Assembly: GCA_030141605.1 (NCBI GenBank)
Contig: JAQGDQ010002368.1
Span: 620,001 to 684,000 of the forward strand
DNA length: 64,000 bases
Direction of reading: 5' to 3'
Source of the DNA: Tubiluchus corallicola
Lineage: Eukaryota; Animalia; Priapulida
Part shown: positions 1 to 13,500 of the stretch, one piece after another
Position numbering within the stretch: position 1 is the first letter of the stretch
Layout: every line of letters starts with the position of its first letter
Notes under the pieces: generated by a model
What the model was told of the DNA's origin: nothing
Databases searched by the model: none
What the model saw: the letters and a program-made list of their open reading frames with translations, nothing else
Position numbers and translations under genes: made by a program

Positions 1-3000
1 TTACCACATGCAAGCCAGATCGCAGTCTCGAAGTACCAAATGCTTCCATGTGTTTCACTTGTAAACAAAACAGCAGCAGTGCACAAACTGATGAGAACAG
101 TGGCAGAGTAATTTCTGCTTGTGAAAAGATTGCATACGGATTAAGTCACAGTAATGAGGACATGATGAAACTTGCTTTGGATTGTTGGAAGAGACAAGCA
201 CAGATGCAGCATGTTTCAAAATGTCACTTGCCCAGGTATTATAGCCTTGTGTTTACCTGTTTTATGATTATTTTTAGTATTTATTAACCAACTTTGTTTA
301 GTAGGATATGCATATTCACCTATTTAACTAATTAATGTTAAACTTTTGATATATGTACAATAATACTTGTACATATCCATATCCTAACTTGATATTTTTT
401 GCAGATTGAACACTGCAAGAGTATACACATGCAGCATTGCTGGCCTACCACACTGGAAAAGTACAGTTGTCCAAGGAATATTATTAAAAGTAAACTCGGA
501 TACTGCATGCATGCTGTCCTGTAATTTTCCTCGAGTTTACAGAGCGTTGGTATGAAATATAACACTTACATAGCTCACTTTATAAGTTTTACCTGCTGAA
601 ATCATTGTGTTAAGATAGAACATACCTTGTAGAATTTTTTAACATTATCTGTTTGGTAGAGGACAGATTTCAGATATTGAAGCAGCATGAAATGTGCCCT
701 CTGCTGCTACTGCACATATGAATATATAACCTCATTTTTATTTTGTGATCTGACAATTTTGTTATGTATTACTTATTGACTGAACTGGTAATGGAAATCT
801 GCTTTATTGGAATTTGATTAAAAGCATTTATACTTTTATGTGTATTCTAATTACACGTTGTTTCTTGCTTCTTTTCAGCTTGTTGGAGGAAGCATAAACG
901 AAAAATTTCACCACACTGGCTATCAGCCAAATGTCGAACCTTCTTCTATATCTTATACTGCCAGTCATACAAATTTGCAATCACAATGGTTTTGTGAAAT
1001 CACTACAGTATTAAAGGAGGTAATTAAAAAAAAACAAGGGAAGAGAAAGAAAAATGTGACCCTGCATTTCCTTGTTTTTTAATTGTGGGATCTTAATTCT
1101 TTCTTACTATTTTTGTCATTAAGAATAAATTTGTGTTATTAAAAGAGGTAATTTTTATCTCTAGGATTTTTGTGCATAACCTGTGAATATAATGTAATTG
1201 CAGTATAAATTGAAAATTGTTACGCATAATTGGATTTTGCTTAAAATGTTTGGTTGTTTTAAACAACCATTTCGAATAATAGTCCAATTCTTTTCTTGTA
1301 GAAGTTCATTACTCTGCTGATAGTGAAAGGTGAAGTAGATGCAAATGTACAAGATTTCTGCAACCAGAACAATATAACAGTTATCCAATCTGTGCCTTGG
1401 AAAGCCTTAGAAGCCCTTTCTGCCACTACTGGCATTGCAGTCCTATCATATCTGACCGACTGCTTTAATGTATGTATTTCTGTGTGTTTTCTTTTTTCCT
1501 CATGGTACAGTTTTCACATTTTATGAAAAGTTTATTAAGTATGTGATAAGTTTATTAATAATATTGAACAATATAAATGTATTTTTCAGGAGTTTGTGGA
1601 TAATGTCCATGTTGAATTATGGGATAATGACCAATGGGGAACAGCTGAATGCAGCTATGCCTGCGTGGCTGTTGGATGTGATGTTCAGGTATTTAACACA
1701 TGCACTTTTTGTAAACTCCAAATATTGTACAAATGGTATGAATCTTTAAAAAGTTAGAAAATTACTAAATGGCCATAGCAATTTTTATAATACAGTTAGC
1801 TGATCAGTACAGTTTTATAGTACAGTTAGCCTTTTCTGACCATGACTATAGCATAGAAATTTCTTGGCAACTTCACAGGCAGTGGACTTTGTGACCCATT
1901 CAAATTCATTTTAAATTTTCAAAACTCTAAGCATCTAGTCAATGTGCTATTTTGGAAAGCAGTATTACCAATGACAATGTGTCTTGATCGTATGTATAGT
2001 TTCTCAGAAAAGTTTGTTTTTATTTTTAATCTGTTTGTGTTTCATTAGACTCATCATATAACCACTGAAATAATGTGTACATTCGAAACAGTTTACTGCT
2101 CGTGTAAGCACAATTTTTGATACCACCAAAAGTGTATCACAAAGTTTGTACAAAGTTTTTATGTACAAATTGTGCAGACCATTTCTCGTGGATTACAACA
2201 TAACACGAGTGAAAGTACTTGTCTCATTGGTAGACAACAAACTATATTGTTGTTAGTAGCTGTAATAGAAATAATAGTAATGACAAGGATTATGAGTATG
2301 ACTACCTGATAGGCTTCATGATATTTCAGACTGCTGTGATATGCTATCCTTCTGCTTCAGCTTTAGAGCTTCAAGAAGAGTCATTCTGGCATTGTGTCAA
2401 TCGCATAAGAAATGTCAGCACAAGTGGTATATTGTTGCCAGGTGGTGGCCAGGCAGAGAAAACTTGCATTAATGTTTTGCAAAAGCTACAAGGTAAATTT
2501 TTCGAAAACGTTATGCCACTTTAAAAACTTTTTTACTTCATGCAGGGAGTTTTCTTAGTTTTGGTTTATTTCATATTTACACTTAATATGCAGTGTTCCA
2601 GAATAACATCAAGGCTCTGTAATATTGTTGAAATTGAAATTGAATAATTTATTCTTTTCTAAAATCCAACAATTTACATTAAATTTGTAATATGAACTTG
2701 GGAAACAGGAGGGGCAGCAAAGGGATCATATTGTAACATTTTGACTACTTGGTGCAAAATTTCATAATTTTACACTTTCTTTTAAAATAACAAACGTAAA
2801 TAATAAAAAACAAAACAGCCAATGAATACAAATGCCAGTGCAAAACAAAATCATGCAAGTAAAGGCATCAAAAGTCAAATGATAATAATGACTTGCATTT
2901 TAGTGGCTGAAATGATGAAACCGAATCAAACTGCCGAATCGGTTTGTTTGATTTTGCTCAGCAATGACATTTTACCCCTCCTGTTTGTCTCACTTCGACT

Positions 3001-5504
3001 AGCAGCTCTTGCGCGATGGACCCGATTCGTTAATTAACACAGTTAACATTCTGCGATATTGGAAATCAACCGTTTCTTTATTTATTTCTCCAAAGCGATG
3101 GTACCGCGAGTCACCAAAGTTGGTGGGTAGTCACCTGAGGGTGGGAGACAGAAGTGATATGTGCAAAAGTGTTAAAATGGGGTTTGGTCAATAACTCCAT
3201 AAGTATACAAGCTAGAATAAAGAAACTTGCAGGGTAGGCACCTAACTAAGGTAGACACAGAGCGGTATGGGAATGGTGACCTCTGGGTTAAACTTCACAG
3301 CAGTAGGACCCAAAATGTGAAAATTAGGGCAACTGACTTTGTCGCTCAACACCACTGACAGTATTGATTAGAAGCCTATGTTATTGCCTTATGGGTAAGC
3401 TGTCGAGCATAGATATGTGCTAAGAAAATTTTGAAAAGTGCTGTGACCAGGTCATGTGATATAGGCGACAGTGTTAAAATAGGGTCGCAGAAAAATGGAT
3501 TTTCTAGGTAATCAAGCATGGAGAATTCAGCAATAGCAAAATTATGATCTTGAGATCACAAAAATCAAGTCAGCAAAGATTTTTCACAGTCAGCACTTGC
3601 AGTTTTGGTCACAATTCAGAATCTTAACCCTTTCACTATGGAAGGCGGTACAGTGCCTCCTATGTTTTTCATGCAAAGGACGAAAGGCGATAGACTGCCG
3701 CCCAAGCTCAGCACTAAGCGCAGTCACACAGATCTGTTTATTTCAGTGCTACGGCCTTGCAAAAACTTTGTAGAAAAGTTTTACAGCCGTGGGATTGGGG
3801 TTGCTTCGCAACAAGTAACGCTACCAGTTAATCAGTGTCTGAAGCCAGGTGCATTCCACGATACTGTACTGTATGGTATGCTCTTGTCACTAATGTAATC
3901 ACTTGTAAATCATTGATGAAATGTTTGTTTGGCTGATTGTTCTGCATTCTTGTAAAATGATTGCATATTATGAAATAGTATTGTGTCTTTGGTGAAAACT
4001 GGTTTCTAACTACATACTTATTTATGATGGTGTGCATGTGTGTATGTGTGTGAGTGCAAGTATGTGTGCTAGCATGTGTGTACATGTGTTGAAATAAAAC
4101 TAATAGTTAATATTAGTACTCAGTAACAAACAACTATTTGTTTATTTACAAGATTCTGTTTTAGTAACACACCATAAGAAGTTATTGTCAAATCTGCAAA
4201 AGTCAATGTGGCCCAGTTAAAAAGCAACAACATAGTGAAGGGGTTTGGGGCAGCGATAACTTGCAGTAGACTGCAACAACACATGCAGTCGCAAAAGTGC
4301 GACGTTGAAAAAGACTTGTATACCATACAGCCATATAACATAGCTACTTTCAAAGTTCTGCTTTTTGTGGACTTCAAATTTGCTTTTATAAGGTTAAAAT
4401 ATGGCATTAAGACCAAAAGGAAAAACTCCTTCAAATCACGTATATTTTTTTCAGTATGACCTATAAGCAAAGCAATTTTGTTTTTTATTTGATTCGACAC
4501 TGCTTGTGATTCGACTCTTTTGGGCTCTGCCAACAATGTTTTATCTCTACTAAAATGAAAGGTTCAGTATCGGCTTCATTAGGCAAAATAAAGGTTCTTT
4601 CTATCACTAGTCTATTTAATTTAAATAAAAATAAATTAATTGCTTATGCAAAATGAAATTTCATGCATTCATAAATTGGGAATTGAGAACTATTTGTTAT
4701 TTATTGAGAATTATGAGTAAATTTTATTAATCTCATTCTTGATGTTTGAGACAAGTTGAGACGCTTACTTAATTCATTGCAAAAGTAGAATTTGCAGCTG
4801 ATTCAGAGTGAATAGTTTTAAAATGAAAAAGATTGTGTATTACATTTTTTGAAATTTTATTATGAGAACTCTAAGTCATTATTACCTATTAATTATTCGG
4901 GCCACAAGATATTTATTTTACTTTTGCTACCAGTCTACTTTTTTTAGTTGAACCACGTATGTAACAGTACATGTGTGTGTATGTTCTAAAATAAATGATG
5001 TTAATAATAATAATAATAATAATAATAACAATAATAATAATCTCTACCAATAAATCGATAAAATGTTATATCTTTGTTTTAATGCTGGCCATTATTTAAC
5101 TTTTCAATAAATTTAGATATTTGACCTTAATCAGTATAAATTAATTGAATCAGTGGTACATCTTTCCTGTTTTTTATGCAGCTAAGGGATTATCAAGGAG
5201 AGACTTGTTAATGAGAGAAGTTGCACACTTTCTTTGCCGTGGCTTCGTTCAGTATTTGCAATCAATTGATCACAGCTACAAAATGTTGGAGATCGAACAG
5301 GGCAAGGAAATGTCTGACAAACTGGGAGATACAGGAAATTATTATGGCAGTAATACAAAAACTATCTATGATGATTATGTAGGTAAAACTGAAGCGTGGA
5401 GGACAGCCTTAAGGCATGTATGTACTTTAGTTCAAATTGATTCTCTTATTATTCCTGGTGCTGAAAACCAAACTCTCTCTGTTCATAATGTTACTTTATT
5501 GTAA
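1..5504 (+). CDS. BBS12: Bardet-Biedl syndrome 12 chaperonin-like protein, 3' part (5' end outside the window), 7 coding exons
   Basis: Phase-consistent GT-AG exons <1-235, 405-549, 879-1019, 1302-1469, 1590-1688, 2330-2492, 5182-5504(TAA). Translation includes GLSHSNEDMMKLA, TARVYTCSIAGLP, LVGGSINEKFHHTGY, EESFWHCVNRI..LLPGGGQAEKTC and IYDDYVGKTEAWRTALRHVCTLVQIDSLIIPG. These match BBS12 motifs as I recall them (GLSHG..MKL, SRIFTCCLPGLP, EDRFW.C..R, GGGAVE, VYD....K.EAWRRAL..V..LQ.D.EI.TG). Confidence 0.9.
5003..5041. repeat. (AAT)n microsatellite in BBS12 intron
   Basis: Direct reading: aataataat... with one AAC interruption. Confidence 0.9.
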
Positions 5505-6097
5505 AATGTATAAGAGTATTAAAACAGTTCAGACAGGTTAACAAAAGCCACTTAATGTTCCTAGAAAAATGCAAAATATTACTATTTATTAAAGCAGCAC
5601 TGAAGGCATGTTTAATCTTAAGTTCAAATCATAGATTTGTTTGCACCTACTTCAATGTGCGATAGATGGAAAAGATATTAGTAATGAGGTATAGCATACA
5701 AAACGTTTAGCTAAAGTCACTTATATATCGTACTGTGTAAGCAATAAACTGACAAACTTTTAGTTTGACAAATTAGTTTGACCATTTAAACAGTGAAACT
5801 GACAAAATTTCTGATCATTCCTGCTTTTTGAATGTCTTACCACCAGGTGCTTTATGTCACTTAAATTATGCTTCTGACAAGTGCGAGTTTGTCCACGTGT
5901 ATGTTTCCCGAAGGATAAAATTAGTTTGAACCTATAACAAAGCCTGTCCATTGTAGGAGGTGTAACCATAAAATTTATCCTCCGCAAGAAAAAAATTGTA
6001 GGAGAACAGTAGATTTTTAGATGTGATCAACGGAAAAATAACTGTGCACCGAGGCAGCATTACACTTCCTTGCACAGAATAGAAATTTACGTCGTAC

Positions 6098-6259
6098 ATT
6101 AAGTCAGTACACCTGGTCTACTCAGTCTCAAAACTGTCATCGGTAAAGTGCAGAGAACCACAGAATAGTAATATACAATGTAAATTTCTATTCTGTGGTT
6201 CTCTGCACTCTACCGATGACAGTTTTGAGCCTGAGCAGACCAGGTGTACTGACTTAATG
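6098..6259. repeat. Long hairpin / MITE-like palindrome (about 70-bp arms, about 19-nt loop)
   Basis: cattaagtcagtacacctggtct...gcagagaaccacagaatag is mirrored by ctattctgtggttctctgc...agaccaggtgtactgacttaatg. Confidence 0.85.
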
Positions 6260-6310
6260 TCAGGTTTGAAAGGAAAAGAAGACTGATACTCACTGCTCTT
6301 TTCTTTGGCT

Positions 6311-6512
6311 TTGTGTTGAGTAGTAGATGTGGGTAGCCACTAAAATTACTATCATTGCATTCATTTGCAGAAATGCCATGAGGTATGTTAGTCCTAAATA
6401 AAGCATGTTTGTTGTGTTGAGTAGTAGATGTGGGTAGCCACTAAAATTGCTATCAATACATTCATTTGCAGAAATGCCATGAGGCATGTTTGTCCTAAAT
6501 AAAGCATGTTTG
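6311..6512 (+). repeat. 101-bp tandem duplication present only in block 1
   Basis: ttgtgttgagtagtagatgtgggtagccactaaaatt...aaagcatgtttg occurs at 6311 and 6412, but only once near 38567. Confidence 0.85.
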
Positions 6513-7534
6513 AGAAATTGCAGGCTCAAATAAGTTAGTATGGGTTTATCTAAAATGTTTTTGTGAGTCACAACTTACAATAGTAATATTAAAACAATTA
6601 TGATCATTGCAAAATTGGTCAGTAACTTCTGATCTAGGTAAAATATAGTTTTCATAAATTTAACCAGAAATGTTAATTATAATCTCTATTTGCTGTGCAT
6701 TTTTAACCCAGAAAGTTGTGAATAGCATTCTATTTTTAGATCATAGATTTGATCAGGAGTATACACTGTATTATTGTTTATACAGCCAGTAATGGAACAC
6801 CATACAGGACTCCTATAGTTTCGGTACAACTGTAGTTTAGTAAATAAATTGCTTGCCTTCTTATTTGATATATTCCAAGATTATTTTTGGTCATCTGTGG
6901 TGTTTGTAATGCTGTGATGTAATTTGTGTAAAATTGTGTGACTTACCACATGTGTGTGCAAATTGTTAAATGCACCAGAGATTCCAGTTACCTCACCGAC
7001 AAAACTAAAGCAACTTATTTTTGCCTGTACAAAGCTTTTAATCAATTTTTAAATATAAGATGGTTATCACAAATGTCTAAACTATATTTTGACATCTAAT
7101 CATATTTTGTCTTCAGCGTTTAATAAACTTAGAGGTAATATTTATTTAATTTTTCAAATTAATTAAGTGTACAGCAATAATGGTTAATGACTTTTATAAT
7201 TTAAATAAAGTTTCACACTGCAACAAAATAATAAAAGAATTATCATGAAATTTTTGTGTTTGATTTTAGTAATGCTGTATTAACCTAGTAACATTTATGT
7301 TTAAAATGAATTTCTTTGTTATATTAGCTTTTATGCAGATGTGTTTCAACATTAAATCAAACCAATTTGCTAAAACTGTAATTGGGCAGAAAAGACAACG
7401 CAATGCTGCAGGCAGTCTAATAGACAGGCCTATTTAATGTAATTTTTTATTGAGGAAAAACTTATCAGTCCCAACCTACCTATCGAGATTTTTATTCTTG
7501 CATTCGTACTTTTCTGTATAGCTACTGTAGCACC

Positions 7535-10500
7535 TTAATGGTAATGCTTTTTCATTGAAATGACACTTTTGAATAGTTTTGCAATGCGGGCCAAGAATTC
7601 ATAGATATGCTGTAAAATTTCAAAGGCATCACAGATTAAGGAAGCAGTTTGTTGTGCAAAGTTGATCAGAAAGTTGATTAAAGTTTCAAGTTGTTCTTCT
7701 GTTAAAGTGCATCTTTCCGTAAACACTGCACTAGGACAAGTTGACGCGGTTTCCTGTACGCTGACTGTCTCCATTGTTATATCACCCCATGTGAACAGAG
7801 TGCCGGTATTTGAACAACTCGTGCTCATTGCTTCTGAAATGAGGATTTTGGAAAATTTTCAATTACATTTGCTATTACCTAAAGTATAAATTCTTATATG
7901 ATATTCTATTCTAATTAAATGCACATCGTTCACTTCCCACAGTTCTACTTGCAGCTTTACTGATTATAATCTGCAGGGCCCGACTTAATTAGATAAGAGA
8001 GGCCCTTGACTGTTCTACTTGTGAGGTCCATCCCAATGCACCACCATCGATTACGACTATAGAAGGGGAAGAGTTTTAAGCACACTTTAGTGAAGCCGAG
8101 GATGATGAATATCATAATGACACTTCTAAATACCGTAGTTAGTAAAAAAAATGCATAAATAAAAAAAAACAATGACAAAGTTTTGCAAAGATTTTAAAGA
8201 ATTATTAGGAATTTTTTAGAAAAATTAGCCTGCTAGTTTATCTTCAGGTGATACATAAACTGATATTTAAAAGTCTACTGCTCAGTTCGCTACAACTGGG
8301 GCAGAAACTGCCGTCAAACTGAAATAATAATTAGCTTGCTTCTGTCACATCACTAAAATAAATCTTCAGAAGTTATTAGAAAAGAATAATTCAGGGCGCA
8401 CCCAGAGATATTATTGAATAAAATAGAAGGCTTGTTTAGAAACTAGTGCACAATATGCATAGGAAAGACTTGTAACAGTAATAAGATAATTATACTTTAC
8501 CCTTACCAGAACCGGCCCCCTCCCGGATTTAATGCCCCAGCTTCAGCTTGTCTAGTCTATAAGTAAATCCGACCCTGATAATCTGCATTTTCATATGCTA
8601 ATACTTTGATATGCCTTTCAGTTTACGACATTGTGACATGAACCGTAATGAATGCGAGCAGAATTTTTATCAATTTTGCATATCATAGTAAGAGTAATCG
8701 TTTTGTATATAAGTAAAATCTGCCACAGTAATTACAAACAGTTTGAGATAAATATAACAGCTTTACAATAAAAGAGTATCTCTTTTCCAGCTGAATAATT
8801 AGTTTATTTACCTATTACATTTTCCTCTAATTTGCTGTCAAATATCGTAATATCTGTAACACATCCTCGAAAGCTCTGTCGTTCTTCAAAGCCGCTTTCC
8901 ACATCGTCTTGGTCTTGCCCAAAAATCAGACATCCGCCTGATTGGATTGAATCTGCGCCAGCTCCAGTAAATGTACTTGTTTCTATCGTTAAATAATTAG
9001 TTAAAACTATGTACAATATGTAGCAAAAAAGACAAAATGCAAAGGCACTGCCACGCAAATATCATTGCTATAATTTGTAAGTGACAATACTTAAATGAGT
9101 TCACTTTGCAAAAACAACAGTCTATACTGAGAGAACAGAATGAATAGCTGCAGCGATCACAGGACGTGATTAAACTGAACTAGAAACACGTTATCCTAAC
9201 TGGATAGTCCAATAGTTGCAAACTGTAACAATATTTTTTAATATAAATACAGGATAATTATATCTTTTGAATTAATTATTATTATCACTCTCAACTGTTT
9301 ATGTTTTTTAATCTTTAGCATACAAAATTCATTGAAATTAATTTATACATGTTACTTCATTGATTTCCAAATGTGAAAACTCAATGGCATATGTGTAGTA
9401 CGAGGTATTATTTAAGAAGCAAGAGCTAAGGAGCAAGAAGCAATAGGCGGAAATAAAATAATTATTCGTCTAGTATAATGAAAAAACTAAATGGAAGTAC
9501 GTTAGCACGGACCTGTTACTCCATCCACTGTTACGCAAAACGAACCGTCCATTGACCAGCCAATGCAAACATAATGCCATTCATTGTCCCTCAGATTGGC
9601 TGCAATATCTGTAATCGTCCTGCCATTGTAAAATAACGTAACAGCGTTAACTGTGTATTAGTATTTAATAAAGTGTCATTGCAGCATTTACGTGGTAAAC
9701 ATTTCTATTCTTTCACGGTTTATTTATAATTGAATTCCATTATAAACTTGACATTTCTGCGGCAAGTGTGGTAGTATGGATATTATAGGTAATTTGTTAG
9801 CGACAAGGAAACTGAAGATCATATTAGAACATGGTATGCCATTGTTGCTCTTACTGATAAAATTATTGTGCTATACTATCAAATTGCACTTATAAAAACC
9901 GATACACCATAGAATTTCTATACCTAAGTGAAGTGTTGTTCCGACAGATCGGTTCCCGGTATTTGCGAAAAATGCGGGTTCGGTATCGGTTTTGAAGAAA
10001 ATAAAAAAATCTGTGTTGGTTTGGTATTGGTTTCGGGGAAAATAAAAAATCTGTGTCGGTTCGGATGGGTTTTTCGGGTTCGGAACAACACTAACGCTTA
10101 TACATATTTCAACAAAAACTGTGAAGGTCTCTCGTTGCGTAATTACTTGATAGCATTAGCAGCAAGATGTTTAGACATGGACAGGTAAACATCTCCAGTT
10201 TTGAAAGATATTTCCAATTTTCCACTTGTGAACACAAATGTTAATAATCTGCATTTATAGCTGATCTAAACAATAATCAATGATCGGTTAATCGGTATCG
10301 GTTTTGAGGAAATCATTATCTACTTTCAAAGAAAATCAATAATATATCGATTCGATACTGGTTTTGAGAAAAATAGGTATCGGTTCGGATCGGTTTTTTC
10401 GGTTCGGAATAACACTCCATATGCCAGCAATAAGCTAGAATATAATGATGTTTCAATACATTTCTAGGTATTGTTATACTACTTTCAAATAGATCATAAA

Positions 10501-13500
10501 ATTACATAATTATAGCCCAATTTGAAAGTTAAGTTTTTCTTGGTGTACCTTTATTTTAGGCTGTACATCAACACATCATTAACGACTCATTTGCTTGAAT
10601 TTCACATTTCTAAGAAAGTGTCAGAAAGAACTTTAACATTTGAAAAGTTTTGACAAACTGTGTGAGACAAAAGTATAGAAGTTTTGAGAAAAGTCTGAAA
10701 AAGATCAAAGGAAAAGTTTTATTGTGAAAGAAATAGAATCCTATGTTAGTAGTTCGTAGTATAATCTCACTGTAGTTCTCCATTGACAAATACAAGAATG
10801 TCGTTTCCTCGAACTAAGACTAAAAACTGGTTAGATGCATCAGCCGGACCAGTAGCATATGATATAAGTGCAATGTCGTCATCTTTGGCCACAGTATCAC
10901 CAGTAAATGGGACATCAGTTTTCATCCACTAGAAAATTACATTTATAGTGATATTAGAGATAGCTGGCGATAGGCAATAATGCCCCACTAGTCTTTATTC
11001 ACGAGGTTATAGGTAAAATAATCGAATGCAGCATTTAAATTAAATTAATAAAACCATTACAGTCCATTTGTTCAGTCACAAAATAGATAACAGACTGTCA
11101 GTTCACTAGATTGTCAAAAAGATTCGAGATTTGTGTGATTGCATCTTAGTAAAACATTATTTGCCTTGAGATTTATGTGTAATCCCACAGTATAACATAG
11201 TAAGTGATGAGTGAGAAGCTAGCAACATTTGTTGAAAACCTATAGTCTTCATCTCTTTACCCTTCGGAACCATAGTGGACGACTATGACTAGGATAAAAT
11301 CATTTCAGCAGCCTCGGCTTACTTTATGTTCATCTGATTTTTTTACAGAAATGAGGCTTACCATGCATGTTGTCATGGCGTCCAAATCAGTAGTGATTAC
11401 ATTATTTAGTTTTATATAATCTTCTGTACCACGTTCCGGAAATACAACCATAGCCTCTTCTGTAGTGTTTGTACAAGTTGGGGTCAGACCTACAACAAAA
11501 TGCCTGTAATCTGATGATTCTGATTGCACTGAGGTGACATTGTGATTGATTCGGCATGCTCATGCCCAACTGAACAATAACGAAGAACACATTGGGACCA
11601 CTGGGACACTTAATTGCAAGCACATCACCTTAATATAATATGTCACATTCAGCTACAGTTTATCTTCTAGTTAGGTCCAGTGAGTAGCACGTTACCATAT
11701 GCTGTCAGACTTACGTGCTAGGACTGCCAACCCTGAGTCCCGTCCATCGATTAGATTTTTTGAATCCCGTCCGTCTCCATAGTCCATCTCCGTTTCCGTG
11801 CTAAGAATGGCTAACTAAAAGCTGTTCTTTTTAACTTCTAAATGAGTGTTCTTTCGAGGCAGATTTTTGTTTTTAGTCATAGTAGAGGTTCTGTGCTGAA
11901 GTGTGCGCAAATTAAAAGAAATTTCTAGAAAATTAACATTAAATGACATCTATTCCAAGGCTGTTGGACTCGTGGAACCCATTTCTGTAACTTTCATTTC
12001 AAGAATGACGACCGCTTTCAAAATGGCCGCCATTAGACTAGAAGAAAATCATGAAAGGTGCTTCTATAAATTTCTAGAGGCATTTTTTCTAAAAGTGGGC
12101 AACATAGCCAGTTTTAGCAAAAACCTGTTGCTGGCTTGAAAAACTAATGGAAAATGGTAAAAAATGCAAAAAATACAATGGCTGCAAAGTTTTTGCGCAC
12201 ACAATGTAAATCAAAACAAGTTCCCTGAAAATTGATATTATGAAGTGATGATGACATCTATTCCATTGAATTTGCAACCCGTTTCTGTTATTTTTGTTAC
12301 AGAAATGGTCACGGTTTTCAAAATGGCTGCCATACAAAAATAAATTGTGCCGATTAATTATATTACCTGTTTCACCTAAAGATTTATTATAAAAATATAA
12401 GGCAGGTTATTTTTATTAATTCGACATTGACTCTAAATACTGCTAGACTAATAACTAATATTTAGATGTGAGCAAAAAGGAAATTTTTGCATGCCGTGTA
12501 AAAGTTATAAAAATTTCGCGGAATGCTAGAATGTCAAGGTGATTAATTTTGGATAAAAAGTCTTCCAATATGGGCGCTATTTTCAAGATGGCCAACATGG
12601 TTCGCTGGCATATAAAGATTATATTACATAAAACTCAAACCCATCAAAGTGATCAATTTTGGATATGAGGCCAGACGAAAATCATTCAATATTGCCACGA
12701 TTTCAAAATTGCTAAGAAGATGGAAGGCTGTTGCCAATTTTTTAAAGCCGTATCTTAGCTACTAGAGCTTAAGTGTTTTAAGCTTTATTTATGGCTTGCT
12801 TGACCCCTGCATGACACCAAAGTCTTCTCATCTGTTCTAATGGTTAAGATATATAGCCTCTACATGCTAGCGAGCCATCGTGCTGGTCATCTTGAAAATG
12901 GCACCCATATTGAAGAATTTTTTATCCAAAATTAGTTACCTTGACATTCTAGCATTCTGCTAAATTTATAACCTTTACACGAAATGAACAATTTTGCTGG
13001 ACTATACGTCAAGCACGTCAGCGACAGCCATTATCTTTTTTGCTCATTTCTTATTATTAGTTATTAGTCTAACAGTATTTAGAGTCACAAGGTCGGCCGT
13101 TTTGTTTTTTACTTATTGGGCTGTTTGAATGGCTTTGTATTACTTTCATACTAGTAGCAGCTATCTAGATTCGAGAAGATCCAGTTGATTGGTTTTTGTT
13201 TATTTAATAAATCTATGATAAAACAGTTAATGTAATTGCATGATCGGCATTATTGCTTGGCAGCAATTTTGAAAACGGTAATTATCTTTGAAATGAAAAT
13301 GACAGAAATGAGTTCCTCGCGTCCAACTGGATCCTTGGAATAGCTGTCATGTTGCCTTCTTAATGTTAATTTTGTAAACATTTCTCTTAATTTACGTTGT
13401 TTGCGCAAAAACTTAGCGGCCATGTTGTTTTTTGCGTTTAGCCCTTTCCGCTAATTTTTCGAGATGGCAACAAGTTTTTCGGATTCAGTGTAGTTAAATT

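Noticed and set aside
4120-4536. 138-aa antisense ORF in the BBS12 intron
   Set aside because: No recognisable motif or splice support; likely a repeat-derived or random ORF.
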